NCBI RefSeq assembly: GCF_001194135.2 | Contig: NC_068997.1 | Span: forward strand, 33,852,606 to 33,916,605 | DNA: 64,000 bases | From: Octopus bimaculoides | Taxonomy: Eukaryota | Direction of reading: 5' to 3' | Part shown: piece by piece, positions 13,835 to 27,549 of the stretch | How positions within the stretch are numbered: the stretch's first letter is position 1 | Layout: each line of letters begins with the position of its first letter | Translations under genes and position numbers: made by a program | The notes under the pieces: model-generated | The model's database searches: none | Told to the model about the DNA's origin: nothing | What the model saw: only the letters and a program-made list of their open reading frames with translations

Positions 13835-14930
13835 TTGACTTGTCTGTGACAAAAATACTCCATTACTATAGACCTCGTCTATAGAATTTATATTCTTTCC
13901 GTCCAAATGATTTTGAAGACTGGAATAAATGATAATCAGATGGGGCAATGTCCGGCGAATATGATGCGTGGGGCATCGTTTCCCACTTAAACTGTTCCAG
14001 CCTTTGGAATGTCATCCTCGCTGTAGGTGGTCGAGCATTATCCAGGTAGAAGAACACCTTTCGTCTTGAAACCAAAGATGGTCGTTTTTCTACTAGCGCT
14101 GACTTAAGCCGCTCAAGCTGCTCGCAGTAGATCTCCTTTGTTATCGTTTTGGTTTGGGTTCAAAAGTTCAAAGTGGACTAAACCTTTCATATCACACCAA
14201 ACAGATATTCACAGATATTCACCCACCTTACGTGGGTGAATACCGTCTTTAGTTTGGGGTGCCGGTGTTTCTCTTTTCCCTACCCACTGTCTTCGGCACT
14301 TGACAGTTTTATAGAGAACCCATTTCCTGTCACCAGTCACTATTCGGTCCCAAAAAGGTTCATTCGTGAGACATGACAGCAACGAAGAGCACACATTCAC
14401 TCTCGGCGCGCGATTAGACTCAGAAAATTTGTGAGAAACCCATTGACTCAATTTGCTGACTTTTCCGATGGCACACAGGTGTCGATGAAAAGTTGAATGA
14501 CCAAATTCAAGCTTCTCTGCTAGATCCTCAACAGCTAACAGCTACGATGGGATTTTATTCCACCAGAGTTTGCAGAACAACCTCTTCGAGCTCTACAGAT
14601 CTTTCAGGACGAGGCTCGTCTTCTAGGCTGTAGTTTCCGGCTTGGAATTTCTGGAACCACCGTTGACACACGCTTACGCTTATTGTTCGGTCCCCTTTTA
14701 CTGCATTAATATTCCTCGCACATTCCATTAGGTTATTGCTTTTATTGAACTCATAAAGCAAAATATATGTTCCTTTGTCACGTCTTTTGGAAAAATAACT
14801 GTTCAAATCGGACTGCACTCTTCAAAACTTGCAGCACTACCTGCTTTTATAGCAAGTTAATGCAGGTAGTTTATCCGATTTTTAGTTCATGCAATTGAAA
14901 AAACTGTATTATTTATGGGATGACCTAATA
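13835..14930 (-). mobile_element. Mariner transposon relic
   Basis: Frameshifted transposase: HTH (CQRWFQKFQAGNYSLEDEPR), WVSHKF (WVPHEL-like), IVTGD, LDNARP and YSPDIAPSDYHLF. A TIR-like end TATTAGGTCATCCCATAAATAA lies at 14930. Confidence 0.92.
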
Positions 14931-14982
14931 CATACATACATACATACATACATACATACATACATACATACACACACACACA

Positions 14983-15016
<34 letters not shown>

Positions 15017-15017
<1 letters not shown>

Positions 15018-15762
15018 GAGGGGGTACCCAAAAGAAACCGGAATTTTGCAATATTTTATTCCCTGAGTATTACATGCTTACACTTTTATCGCCTTCAAAG
15101 TATTCTGCATTTGGAGCAATGTTTTGGTCCAGCCGCGTTTTTTACTATTCGAAGCAGTGCTGGATCTCTTGCGAAGTGATGCCTTTTAACGCCTCTGTTG
15201 TCTTTTCTTTAACTTTTTCACATCTCCTAATTCCGTAGCACCAGTGATAATCCTCGAAAAATGGTCCAGATCAACTTGCAATTATTCTTTCAGTTCATGA
15301 AACGCATTCAGTCTTGACTGCTTCTGATCTTCTGTGAGCAAGCGTGGCACAAATTTTGCTGCAACTCTTTTCATTCGCAATTCATCGCTCAAAATTCCTT
15401 CGTAGGAGCTCCAGGACGCACCAGTCATATCAACGCGTTCGTCAATTGTTCAGTGACGGTCCTCCAAAGTTAGTTCATGAATTTTGATGATGTTTTCATT
15501 AGTTCGGGAGGTCGACGGACGTCCGCAGAATTGCACGAAAGCATGACAGGTTTCTTCGTTTCAGCCATCGCGAAAATCGATGAACAAGGGAGGAGCGCTG
15601 CAAAACAAAATGCACCACGTGGCAGAATGAATAAACCCGAAGCCGCCGGTCGGCAGACTGATGCCTAAGGGACGCATCAAGTGGCTTCCAGCGGCAGAAA
15701 CCTGAACTACAACAGGCTTGTCCCACGGAGAACGTTTCCGGTTACTTTTGGGTACCCTCTCG
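15017..15762 (-). mobile_element. Internally deleted mariner element with both TIRs
   Basis: TIRs CGAGGGGGTACCCAAAAGAAACCGGAA and TTCCGGTTACTTTTGGGTACCCTCTCG; TA at 15763-15764 (left TA reads CA). Transposase remnant RVAAKFVPRLLTEDQKQSR...IITG. Confidence 0.9.
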
Positions 15763-15766
15763 TATG

Positions 15767-15878
<112 letters not shown>

Positions 15879-16401
15879 TGTGTATGTGTATATATGGGCA
15901 CTATCGTAATATAGGGTTTTAACTTGTATCCAGAAACAGGGTCCTTTTTATTGTTTCCACTATGATACTACATATGTTTGGTATGTTTTAAAGCTACTGA
16001 AGATGTAGCGACTACGTTGTTTCTGACTTTTAGTCTTCATTTCTTTTATTTTTCTAGCATTTGCTTCTCTGTATATTAAACTAATTTGCAGTTTCTGTGA
16101 AACCATTTCCTTTCTGAAGTTGATTTAATATGATAATATTCATTAAAAATTCTATTATTTAATCTTGCAAATAATTAACAACATTATATAAAAATAATAT
16201 ATAAAAATATATAAAAATAATACTAGCTGAAGCGTTAGTTAAGAGCGTGATGTATTTTATGGAAGAAGACGTGAAATGAAAGGAAATGAAAATTTGAAAG
16301 TGATGTCCCCCTCCTCTCTCTTTTCCTCTTTCCTTCCCTCCCTCTCTACCTCTTCTTTCTCTCCCTTTCTCTCTCCCTTTATCTCTCTCTCTCTCGCTCT
16401 T

Positions 16402-16445
<44 letters not shown>

Positions 16446-16455
16446 NNNNNNNNNN

Positions 16456-16500
<45 letters not shown>

Positions 16501-16519
16501 TCTGTCTCTGTCTTGACAA

Positions 16520-16745
16520 CGCATGGTTTAGTGGCAAAGGTATTTCAGCTCATGGTGGTGCATTGAACAAGACACTTTATTTCACATTGCTCCAGTCCAC
16601 TCAGCTGACAAGAATGAGCTGTATCTGTAATTCAAAGGGCCACTCTTGTCACATTCAATGTCACGGTGAATCTCTTTGTAGAGTGCTCAGCCACTTGCAA
16701 GTTAATTTCACGAGCAGGCTGATCCGTCGATCGGATAAACTGTGG
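16520..16745 (+). mobile_element. SINE family C, degenerate
   Basis: Body ACAAGACACTTTATTTCAC...CCAGTCCACTCAGCTG and tail GTGCTCAGCCACTTGC...CACGAGCAGGCTG. Confidence 0.85.
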
Positions 16746-17034
16746 TAACCGATGAAGAGCCGGTTATATATAATGAAGTGAATAATATTCGACCGAAACC
16801 AAAGCCATGTTAAGGTGAAACCTTGCAAACCGAGGGGCAACTTTATATGAACATTATTTTACAGATATAGTACGTTTCATTCTTTCTCATTCCTTACTTC
16901 TGTAGTTCATACAAGGTAAGTCTATTTCTGTTATGTTATTTGCATTCGCCGTGTGTATTTTAATAGTATTTTGTGATTTTAGAGTAATGGCCTTGTTTAT
17001 AGCAAGTGGTATTTTAACACTCTAATTGAATTCT

Positions 17035-17066
<32 letters not shown>

Positions 17067-17241
17067 NNNNNNNNNNNNNNNNNNNNNNNNNNNNNNNNNN
17101 NNNNNNNNNNNNNNNNNNNNNNNNNNNNNNNNNNNNNNNNNNNNNNNNNNNNNNNNNNNNNNNNNNNNNNNNNNNNNNNNNNNNNNNNNNNNNNNNNNNN
17201 NNNNNNNNNNNNNNNNNNNNNNNNNNNNNNNNNNNNNNNNN

Positions 17242-17280
<39 letters not shown>

Positions 17281-19084
17281 CACATCCCGCTTCTCATTTA
17301 TGTATTACATGAAAGTTCAGTCTTTGCTGGTGCCTCTACACCATTCTATATATGCATGCATTTACACGGAGACTGACTATGCTCATACATGCATACCATG
17401 ATAGACATACCCTCACATATAAACATACATATGCAGTTGGACAGACGCAGACACACATAACTCACATGCCCCACTAAGATATACATTTGGACCTATCCAA
17501 TCTTAATTTACATTTGAAGATCCTTAATAGCTTTCCGGCGTTATATATATTTCTCCTTTCAATTTTAAGCGTTTCAGTAACCCTACATCTTGACATCTTA
17601 GGTCTCTGAAGTTCATCCACCTCTTGTTCGACTGTCAAAAATCTGGCTCTCCTACTTCACGTTTATTTCCGAATCTGTCAAAAATCTGTTCCTACCCACT
17701 TCATGTTCATTTCCGAATAAAATATTTCTCTGTTTTCCTCTTTGTTTATTTTATTTGTGTAGTATACAACCAGTGACGTACAGAAGCATGTTAGTTTCCG
17801 GAGATTTAGGTTTGATTCGCAGTTATAGCAATTTCATTTCTTACAAATTTACATGGAATGGCGTGGGCATTAAAACTGTTGGCTTCTACTATCCGATGTA
17901 AAATAAATTCATCGGCCAATGATGTATACTTGTAATTGTGAAAGATTAAACCACTACTGGATAAAGCAAGAATTTACAACGTGATTTCACTTTGCATTTG
18001 GACTCCGTTTAATTTGCATCTCTGAAGCAAATGGGGAAAAATTAAGGAACCAAACCACAATTTTCTATTTATGCACAAAGTAAAATATTCTTTTATGAAA
18101 TAAAACTTTCACATCCAAGAAGGCAAGACAATGGGTGTAGTTGGAGGGAGATGGGCTGAAAGAGCCACGCCACCATGCAGGGCTAATTCGTGCAGAGGCA
18201 ATCTTTAACCCAATTAAAATAAACAAAGAAACAGGGTTCAGCACACCGAACGTTGGGGTTCAAAAGAATCTTATCGGAGAGCAGCTGGTACTTTGTTAAC
18301 ATGTTGTTCTTAAACTATCGGACGATGTCTGACACCGATTTCACCAAGATGTAGCATCACTGCAATTCTCATTTTAGATGAGAGTCTTGCCGCATTGGAA
18401 CGTTGTCTAACCTCCACCAACTCAAGCTGCTACAAAAAAACCTCCAGTGTCCAAATCCTGTTCGACAATATAATGGGGTGGCAGCATACCAATGGAAGCA
18501 GCCAATTCTGAGATGTTGCTTGCAGACGTGGAGCCCAAGCCTCAATGAATTGCCAATTCAGAGAAAGTCTTTATCTAGCTGGGTGTCAGTCGATCGTAAG
18601 GGTGCACTCTATAGAGCAAAGAGGTGGGGCTAAACACACACTAGTCAATGTAAGTGAACTGAATTAACAAGTGTATCCAAGATTCTGTGAGGTTGTGGAG
18701 AAATGCAATGATGAGAGTATATCAAGAAGCCTTGATGACAGATCCGCTAGCAGCTCTAAATTAGCGGAGACTGAAAGACAGTAGTTTGTTGTCATTTGGT
18801 ATCGTCAAACTAGACGTTACACTATTTCCTTGGCTCTACAACTGACAAAACTTTTATGTGCAGTGAGACAGGTGTTGCGAAAGGTGAACCACAATTTCAG
18901 CATAGCAAAGCAGAGAAAGAAAGCTGGAGATGCGCCAATCAAACACAGTCTACCCATGAGCGTTTTGGAGCAAGTGGAGCTCGATTCAACGGTCAAATGG
19001 ACAGGAAGTGGAAAGATCGGTGAACTAAGGGTGATGCCGCCTTTCTTTGGGTTACTTGCATCTGGTGAAGTGCTGACTCTGACG

Positions 19085-19500
19085 ATGATATCGAAACTGT
19101 CTGCGTCAACGTAAGACATTTATAGTCATAGATTTGGTCAAGTTAATCTGAGCACCATTATTAACAAAGCAAGGATTGATTAATGGAGATCATAACAGTA
19201 TTAGTAGGTCTACCAGCAGATCCACTAAATACTAGATACTCAATAGTGCTGTGATACTGCAGGCAATGTCGTCCACGCCAAGTGCAAAGGGAAAAGGTGT
19301 AGGGATCATTCTGTTAGATGCCAGTGGAAGAAGATGTATTGCAAAAGCCGAGAGACATGCTTGTTGATTCAAAAGATAAGTAGGCCATTGAAGAGACAGA
19401 CAGGACTCAGGTAAGGTGGACTTCGAACATGGGATCTCGATGCATGGAGTTGAAGGCATTCTTTACTAAGCTTCACTAAAGTGTCACCGGGAATCTATCG
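19085..19500 (+). mobile_element. Possible old LINE apurinic endonuclease remnant
   Basis: Broken-frame remnants ETVCVNVRHL and AKGKGVGIILL resemble the N-terminal APE motifs (NVR; GVGI). Confidence 0.3.
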
Positions 19501-19777
19501 ATTAGGGATGGAACGGGAAGTCTTTAACTAATTATCTCGCACTTGCGACACCGACATCCGAGTTGTACAGAAGTTCACTTATCCTCCCAGCTGACAGACA
19601 ATGGACTTAAAAATGACTTTCACTGCAATATTTCTGAGAAAAAAGAACGTTGCCCATAGCTTTGGCGAATATGGCACTTTTCTTCTCCCTCGGGAGAATC
19701 AAGTTTGCATATGTGCATACATTCATGTGTTAACACAAATATACAAGAAAGTCTGTCTGTCTGTCTGTATGTGTGTG

Positions 19778-19826
<49 letters not shown>

Positions 19827-20134
19827 CTATGTATGTATGTATGTACGTCACACACACACATACACACATACAATTGCGACATTCACATGAATGAAGGTAG
19901 CGATACTTTTATTTGTTCATCTAATCGAGATATTGAAGTACCACTGAGTTTGCCAGCTCGCTGCCCTGTTTACCTCTATATATTGTAAAGTCGGACGTTG
20001 GACTGAACTGTCATCAGAAAAATAGATAATTTGCGGTAAAAATCTCTTATTCCCACTTGTTTACCTAATGCAATCTAGGCTAATATTTTCACTGGTTTAT
20101 CTATAGGATTTTAAGCCAATATTTGACAGAGAAC

Positions 20135-20262
20135 CAAACACTCCAATTAGTCTTTGATTGTTTCCATCTACCAAATCAATTCACAAGGTTTTGGTCGGCT
20201 CGATGCCATAGTAGAAGACACTTGCCCAAAGTTCAACGCAGTGGGATTGAACCTGGAACCAT
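20135..20262 (-). mobile_element. SINE family A, 5' part
   Basis: CACAAGGTTTTGGTCGG...GAAGACACTTGCCCAA...GGATTGAACCTGGAACCAT. Confidence 0.8.
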
Positions 20263-20622
20263 AGAAACAGGAATAAGAATGTCAATCGTCCAGACAATGT
20301 ATGTTTGTCCAGGGGATGACTTTAAACAACATCTGGTAGAGGAACTCTGCTTCGTGAGTTCCAGGGTTTTGACGAGTGTGGAACCACCACTCAGCCACAA
20401 TTGTACCCGGGTCTAGTCTGACCTAGAGTAGTAGCATCTGTCAGGGTCTCAGTTATAACCTCGGTTGTTATTTGGGCGGACAGTAATACCAGAGCGAGTG
20501 AGGGGTCTCTCCCTGTTGTCAGACCATCCTTCTAAGACAAGAACAAACTGATGCAAAACCTGCAGTTTCGCATAATTTCTGGTCACCTTGCTTCGGTTTG
20601 CCACTAGGTACTAATTATGGAG

Positions 20623-20661
<39 letters not shown>

Positions 20662-20706
20662 CACTCGTGTTGTACACGCGTTTATAACTAAAATTCAATA
20701 ATACTA

Positions 20707-20753
<47 letters not shown>

Positions 20754-20759
20754 CTACAT

Positions 20760-20878
20760 ATTTGGGAAGGCGCAGGCTCGGCGGCGCAGGCTCGGCGGCG
20801 TGTTGTGTCCTTGAGCAAGACACTTTATTTCACGTTGCTCAAGTCCACTCAACTGGCAAAAATAAGTAGCACCTGTAT
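20760..20878 (+). mobile_element. SINE family C, 5' part, cut by a gap
   Basis: GTGTCCTTGAGCAAGACACTTTATTTCACGTTGCTC body. Confidence 0.8.
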
Positions 20879-21212
20879 NNNNNNNNNNNNNNNNNNNNNN
20901 NNNNNNNNNNNNNNNNNNNNNNNNNNNNNNNNNNNNNNNNNNNNNNNNNNNNNNNNNNNNNNNNNNNNNNNNNNNNNNNNNNNNNNNNNNNNNNNNNNNN
21001 NNNNNNNNNNNNNNNNNNNNNNNNNNNNNNNNNNNNNNNNNNNNNNNNNNNNNNNNNNNNNNNNNNNNNNNNNNNNNNNNNNNNNNNNNNNNNNNNNNNN
21101 NNNNNNNNNNNNNNNNNNNNNNNNNNNNNNNNNNNNNNNNNNNNNNNNNNNNNNNNNNNNNNNNNNNNNNNNNNNNNNNNNNNNNNNNNNNNNNNNNNNN
21201 NNNNNNNNNNNN

Positions 21213-21240
<28 letters not shown>

Positions 21241-21247
<7 letters not shown>

Positions 21248-21668
21248 GATATTATTATCAGTAAAATAATAATATAAGTTAGCAAGCATAAAATAACCAA
21301 AAGGTTAAAAATATTAATTTATAATTAAAGTTCATGCTAGAATCACAGTAAATCCCTTATATGAATTCCAGGAAAACGAGTTTATAAAAAGCCATCTTAA
21401 CAATAGAGAGTAAAAATCGCAAATAAATTGCTGACGTACTCATATCACGTGATTTGGAACCCTGCGATAAACACTTAGTCTCTGTCAGTGAGTACTACTG
21501 CCAAGGGCTAAAATACTCACGTCATCAAGTGTGTATTAACCATATGAACGCAGCGGCAATTTCAAACTGATCGAAGTGTATAAGATTATAAAAATATATA
21601 AAGATATAATTAATAAAATAATAATATAAGTGGCTAGCAAGCATAAAAGAACCGAAAAGGTAAAATTA
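21241..21668 (-). mobile_element. Non-coding PLE pLTR or retrozyme-like unit (about 355-bp period, terminal redundancy)
   Basis: Direct repeat of about 70 bp (21241-21312 vs 21598-21668), (TA)n and (TG)n flanks, and an internal hammerhead-like motif. Confidence 0.65.
21436..21495 (-). ncRNA. Degenerate minimal type I hammerhead ribozyme
   Basis: GTACTCA-CTGACAGA-[24 nt]-CAAA-TCACGTGA-TA-TGAGTAC. Perfect 7-bp stem I and palindromic stem III, but GAAA is mutated to CAAA. Confidence 0.7.
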
Positions 21669-21679
21669 TATATATGTGC

Positions 21680-21726
<47 letters not shown>

Positions 21727-22558
21727 CGTGTATGTGTTTATGTGTGCATACATGGGTAAATGGGAAACAAACTTTTCAAATATGATATATTAAAGATACG
21801 ACTATGTTCCAGTTTCATATTTTTAAGCGTTTTCCCTATTTTCTTATTAATCCTTTATATTTAATGCACATGCAATTATACTTCTTATGTGCATACATAT
21901 ATGACACTCATGCATTAGTCCGTTAACGTTTTAAAAACTTCTTGGCATCATTATCAGCATGAAATGATGGTAATGATAGCATGTTGTTCGTGCACTTTGG
22001 AGTAAGTTGTGAAGGATTATGAGCATAGTGTTGTAATTGATAAAATCATCAACGTCTAAAGACCATAGAACAGTCTTGGTAAAGTTCAAATATTATTTTC
22101 CATGAGTTTACCATAGTTATTCCTGCACTTTTTGAGGGATTCTGTATGGAATTGTATTTCTGTCAACTCAGTTTTGCGAGATATTCAACCAGCAAAGATC
22201 TCGCGATTACAAGAGTAGATAATGTCATTCGACTTCGATAGACAACCAACTGAATAAACATCAAGACACGTCCAACACAGGTAGAGCTATGTCAATAGTC
22301 ACGCAACGAACTACAAATTTAACTCTTAAGCAGAACCAGCTGTTGATTCCTGGCAAAAGAACGGACGTCATTGACTTTAGTATCCGTCACGTGACCAGTA
22401 AAAAGGCACTTAACACCTCTGAACATCTTGAAAGTCATTCCATTTCTAGTATTTCAAACTCACCGACAAACAAAGGGTTTGTATGCGTGCGTGTGTATAC
22501 CTGGTCGGAGCCCCAACATGACCGCAGTCTAATGACTGAAACAAGTAAAAGGATATAC

Positions 22559-22629
<71 letters not shown>

Positions 22630-22684
22630 CATACACATGCATACATATATATGTGTATGTCTGTGTGTGAGAGTGTATGTATGA

Positions 22685-22759
<75 letters not shown>

Positions 22760-22818
22760 CATGTATTTGTGTACATACATATATATAGATATACATGTGT
22801 ACATACATATACATAAAC

Positions 22819-23175
22819 ATTTTATTTGTTTCAGCCATTGGATTGCGGCCATACTGGGGCACCACTTTGAAGCGTTAGCTCAACCAGCATGATACTTATT
22901 CTATTGGTGCCTTTTACCGAACTTTAAACACACCAATACCTGTAACAAAACGGTGGTGGGGGGCCAAACACAAACACGGAGACACACATAAATGATATGT
23001 ACACATACACACACTCGCACACACACTCCCGAACCCGCCTCCCCACACACGACGGGGTTCTTTCAGTTTCCGCCTACCAAATCCATTCATAAGGCTTCAG
23101 TCGGCCCGAGGCTATAGCAGTGTGAGACTGAACCCGGAACCATGTGGTTGAGAAAGTAACTTAACTCACAGTCAC
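22819..23175 (-). mobile_element. SINE family A copy with internal deletions
   Basis: Family A tail, GACGGGGTTCTTTCAGTTTCCG body and ACTGAACCCGGAACCATGTGG head. Confidence 0.85.
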
Positions 23176-23350
23176 GTTTTACTAATATATATAGACATAC
23201 ATACACACATACATACATACATACATACATACATACGTACGTACATACATACATACATACACACATGTGTGTGACTCACCCCAGACACAATAAAATATGC
23301 TTCAACACACGAATTCATATAAGGAATCTTACAAACCAAATACAAAAGCG

Positions 23351-23397
<47 letters not shown>

Positions 23398-24051
23398 CAT
23401 ACATACATACATATAAATATGCATATACAAGCACACAAACATACATATATACATACATGCATGCATATATATAAGTACATATTACGCATATATACCTACA
23501 AACATACACACATGCGCGCACACACACACATACAAATATACAAAATCCGATATAGGCTTTTGTGTATGTGTTTGTATGTTCGTGTGTGTATATTTGTCTG
23601 TATGTGTTTGTGTATGTCTGTGCGTGACCAGAGCATGTTGGAGTACATAAGCGTGCATATATATTTCCGAGTGACTCATGTCTATATGTATAGGATTGCA
23701 GATTTATACACACGAGATTTTCATGCCGACAGGGTTCTAGGTGGGTCAGTTGACATTGGCCAACGGTTTTTCAGGGAACTCTTCTCGCCGAATAGAGGCA
23801 AAGCAATGTCGCTCTAGTTCTTTTGTTACCTTTCGTTACTTGTAAATATATCATGTACACGACATGTACATTTATATACTTGTAACCCATTCAAAAAGTC
23901 GCGTGTGTTTGGCACTTCTTACTGAAATATTTGACAAGGGTCTACATGTCCCATCTGGCCTGGGCCTGTTGCTTGCTTTTTACATAGGTCTGTGTGTATC
24001 AGTGACACTGGCATGAAGAACATTACGCCTGCTCTGCTGTTTCACTATCTG

Positions 24052-24260
24052 TTTTACTCGTTTCTGTCATTAGACTGCGGCCATGCTGAGGCACCGCCTT
24101 GAAAAGTTTTTTGGTTGAATGAATCAACCCTAATAATTTTTTTAAAGTCCAGTACGTATTCTATTGTTCCTACATGCCGAACCGCTAAGTAACGGGTAAT
24201 AAACACACCACCACCAGTTGTCAAGCGGTGGTGGGGAACAAACATAACAATAACGACGCG

Positions 24261-24309
<49 letters not shown>

Positions 24310-24462
24310 CGGACTTCTTTCAATTTCCTTTTACTAGATTCACTCACATGGCTTTAGTTGGCCCGAGGCTATAGTAGGAGAAACTTGCCCAAGATGTCAC
24401 GCACTAGGACTGAACCCGGAACCATGTGGTTCGGAAGCAAACTTGTTACCACACAGCCACGC
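24052..24462 (-). mobile_element. SINE family A, full-length copy
   Basis: Complete head to tail match to 3101-3496. Confidence 0.9.
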
Positions 24463-25318
24463 CTGCCTAGATTATTTTTATATATTCAGTCGACCAAAAT
24501 CTTGGAATTCATCGGATTTTATTGGAAGTTATCGGAGTTTAGCAGAACGCAATGTTATCAGTCAGAAATATCCGAAAGTGTTTCAATTCTGTGGAAGGCT
24601 GATTGACTGCTTCTTATAGAATGGGTTAGCTATCAGCTGCATTTCCATATCACCATTCATATGATCGTTGAGTCTAATCATTTACAAGTCATGATTTCTT
24701 ATTCAAACTACTTAACCATCAATGTCTTCACAATAAATGCACATAAAAACATACTTAACCTCGTCATAGTTAATTGTAAACAACATATTAACGTATGTGC
24801 AGTCAAGCAAGCTCAAACGATACACGCACAGTTATTCACATACACACGCTCGTATACATACAGATTCCTAATCATATATAAACGCAAATATATACATTCA
24901 TGCATGAATAAACAGATAGATACATAGTTAAACAGATAAACAGATAGACAATAGAATAATAGTGTACAGAACGGGCAGTCCGATAAATGGTTACATGTAT
25001 GTATAAATAAAGGAAACGAACTCCTTCCGAAGATATATTTATATGTATGTGTACATATATGTGTGAGATGTCTGTCTATCTGTCTATCTATCTATCTATG
25101 TACGTGTGCTGTGTGTATATACTGTTATTTATTGATATGCGTATAATTTTTATGGTATACATATTTTTCAGTTTTTTTCATTTAAGAGATAGTCCGTTCA
25201 TTATCATCTTTGTTATAATAAATTTGCCTTTTCGTTTAGTTATGTAATCAGTGTCATACATTCTCGAAACTGGATAATAATGATGATTTCTGCTTTATGC
25301 ATAAAAACCAACAATATT

Positions 25319-25533
25319 CTTTTCTACTCTAGGCACAAGGCCCGAAATTTTGGGGGAGGGGCCAGTCGATCAGATCGACCTCAGTACGCAACTGGTACTT
25401 AATTTATCGACCCCGAAAAGATGAAAAGCAAAGTCGACCGCGGCGGACTTTGAACTCAGAACGTAACGGCAGACGAAATACCGCTAAGCATTTCGCCCGG
25501 TGTGCTAACGTTTCTGCCAGCTCGCCGCCTTAC
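25319..25533 (-). mobile_element. SINE family B, young copy with 15-bp TSD
   Basis: AAAACCAACAATATT at 25304-25318 and 25534-25548. Confidence 0.95.
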
Positions 25534-25564
25534 AAAACCAACAATATTGAAAAGAAAGGTGTCA

Positions 25565-25720
25565 GTCAACTACATTGAGCTCAGTACTCGACTGGTACTT
25601 ATTTTATCGACTCTTAAAGAATGAAGGACAAAGTTGACCTCGATGGAAATTGAACTCAGAACATAAAAAGAGACAGAATAAATGCTGCAAAGCATTTTAT
25701 CCAATGCTCACGACAGTAAC
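25565..25720 (-). mobile_element. SINE family B, degenerate
   Basis: ACTGGTACTTATTTTATCGAC...GTTGACCTC...TTGAACTCAGAAC. Confidence 0.75.
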
Positions 25721-27063
25721 AACAATAAACCTCTGGCTCCGGCACATTTCAACGAAATTTCAAGCTCAGACATTAAGTCGAAGCGAAGTTTTAGTGCTGC
25801 ACAGTGCGATAGAGTCTGAGATCACATGGTTTGGCAGTGAACTGTTTAACCTCACAATTATGTCCATGCTCGTACACACACACACACACGAACACACGCA
25901 CACATGAACACACGCACACACGCACACATACACAAACATACATACACACATACATGCATACATACACACATACATATATATACACACATGCATACTCATA
26001 TATTTGTGTGTGTATGTGTTTGTGTATATGAGTGTGCGCGTATGTGTGTATACATGTTAGTGTATGCCTGTGCAAATACAATACAGATATGTTCTCATGT
26101 TTGATTGAACAAATAAATGCTTGGAAATCTGCAAGTCAATAGAATGTGAAATCGCCCGCATTCTTTTAAAGTGCATATGGTTAGTGTGATGCATGAACAA
26201 TATAATAGACCAATGGACATAATACATGCAAAACGATGGAGAGGAAACTATTGATAAACTTTGAATCTCCAGAGTCGTAGAGAGGATGTAGAGTAAGTGT
26301 TAGGACATTAGTGATTGAGTGGATTGGGGGAATATTCTGATAAGAATCGAATCTGTACTATTTGCGTTGTTTTATTGGAGGGAGATGAATTTATATCAAG
26401 AATAGCTGTTTTATATTGATTGATTGGTGGTAACTTTCTCTTTTTGTGTATGTGTTTGATTTTGATACGAGAAGTTAAGGATAAAGAATCATACCCCTGG
26501 GTTTCATCAATTCTGAATTTCAGTGAAAGTTCAGCCGACCTGTCATTTTGTATATAGTAACTCCTTTACTAAACAGACAGACCTTTAGAAAATATGAACA
26601 ACTAAAGTAGATTAAAGATAAATGTGAGGTAAAAGTTAAAAATCAAGCAGAATACAAGTTCGGATTACTTAGGAAGAAATATGCCAAATGAATGAAATCT
26701 TTCAAATACCATTCTCAGAAAACTTCAAATGACTCAAAAGAAATCTTACAAGTTGGAGGTATTTGTTAAAAACTTGTATTAGTTTTCATCATAGGAACGG
26801 GAGAGAGAGGTTGACGTTAGTGCTTAAGCAATAGATATATACCATGGCCTATAATCTGGTTAAGGGCTTCGAAAATTTAGTCTTTAGGGTCTGGGATATC
26901 AACTTTGACAACAGAATCCCGATTTTCGGCTGCTGTACTGAGTTACACATTATTCCTGAATTCCAAATGACATTATGGTACAAGTTTTTATAAACACGAG
27001 TAGTGACAAGACATCTATATAGCCATTCATACCTATCTATCTATCTATCTATCTCTCTCACTC

Positions 27064-27140
<77 letters not shown>

Positions 27141-27549
27141 GAATGCACGCGCTCGTGTGTGTAAGTATGTATATGTATTAGAAGGAGATGCTGTACCCAT
27201 GATCTTTTTCAGAGCCCCTGAAACTAGTAGAATGGAATGTAACCTTGTACCAGAGATCTAGCAGTCATGCTTCCAACAGAGTGGACTTTTCGAAAAGACC
27301 CCGAAGATTAATTGTGTATCTATTTATATGCTCAAATGCATCGATTATCCCAATGTGTGCAAGATGACATTGAAGAAAAATTGGAGTATGACAGAAATAA
27401 ATATAGGAAAGGAAACAGATTATCGAGATAAAGTATATGGGGCAATGTCGAGAGTGAGTTAAGTTCATAACGAGAATAAGGGGAGAGAAATCAGTAATGA
27501 GTCTTTATCTGACACATTACTTCTTTGCGCTAGTCTCCAATGATGGACT

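Noticed and set aside
15990-16040. CTGAAGA followed by a small hairpin
   Set aside because: No GAAA or NUH follows on the same strand.
16748-16815. TGAAGAG...GAAAC hammerhead-like spacing
   Set aside because: C3 is missing, there is no stem I complementarity and stem III is not palindromic.
18287-18324. Minus-strand PIV*EQHV resembling hedgehog exon 1 PLVFKQHV
   Set aside because: In-frame stop, no flanking CGPG or NYN motifs and no open frame; a chance match.
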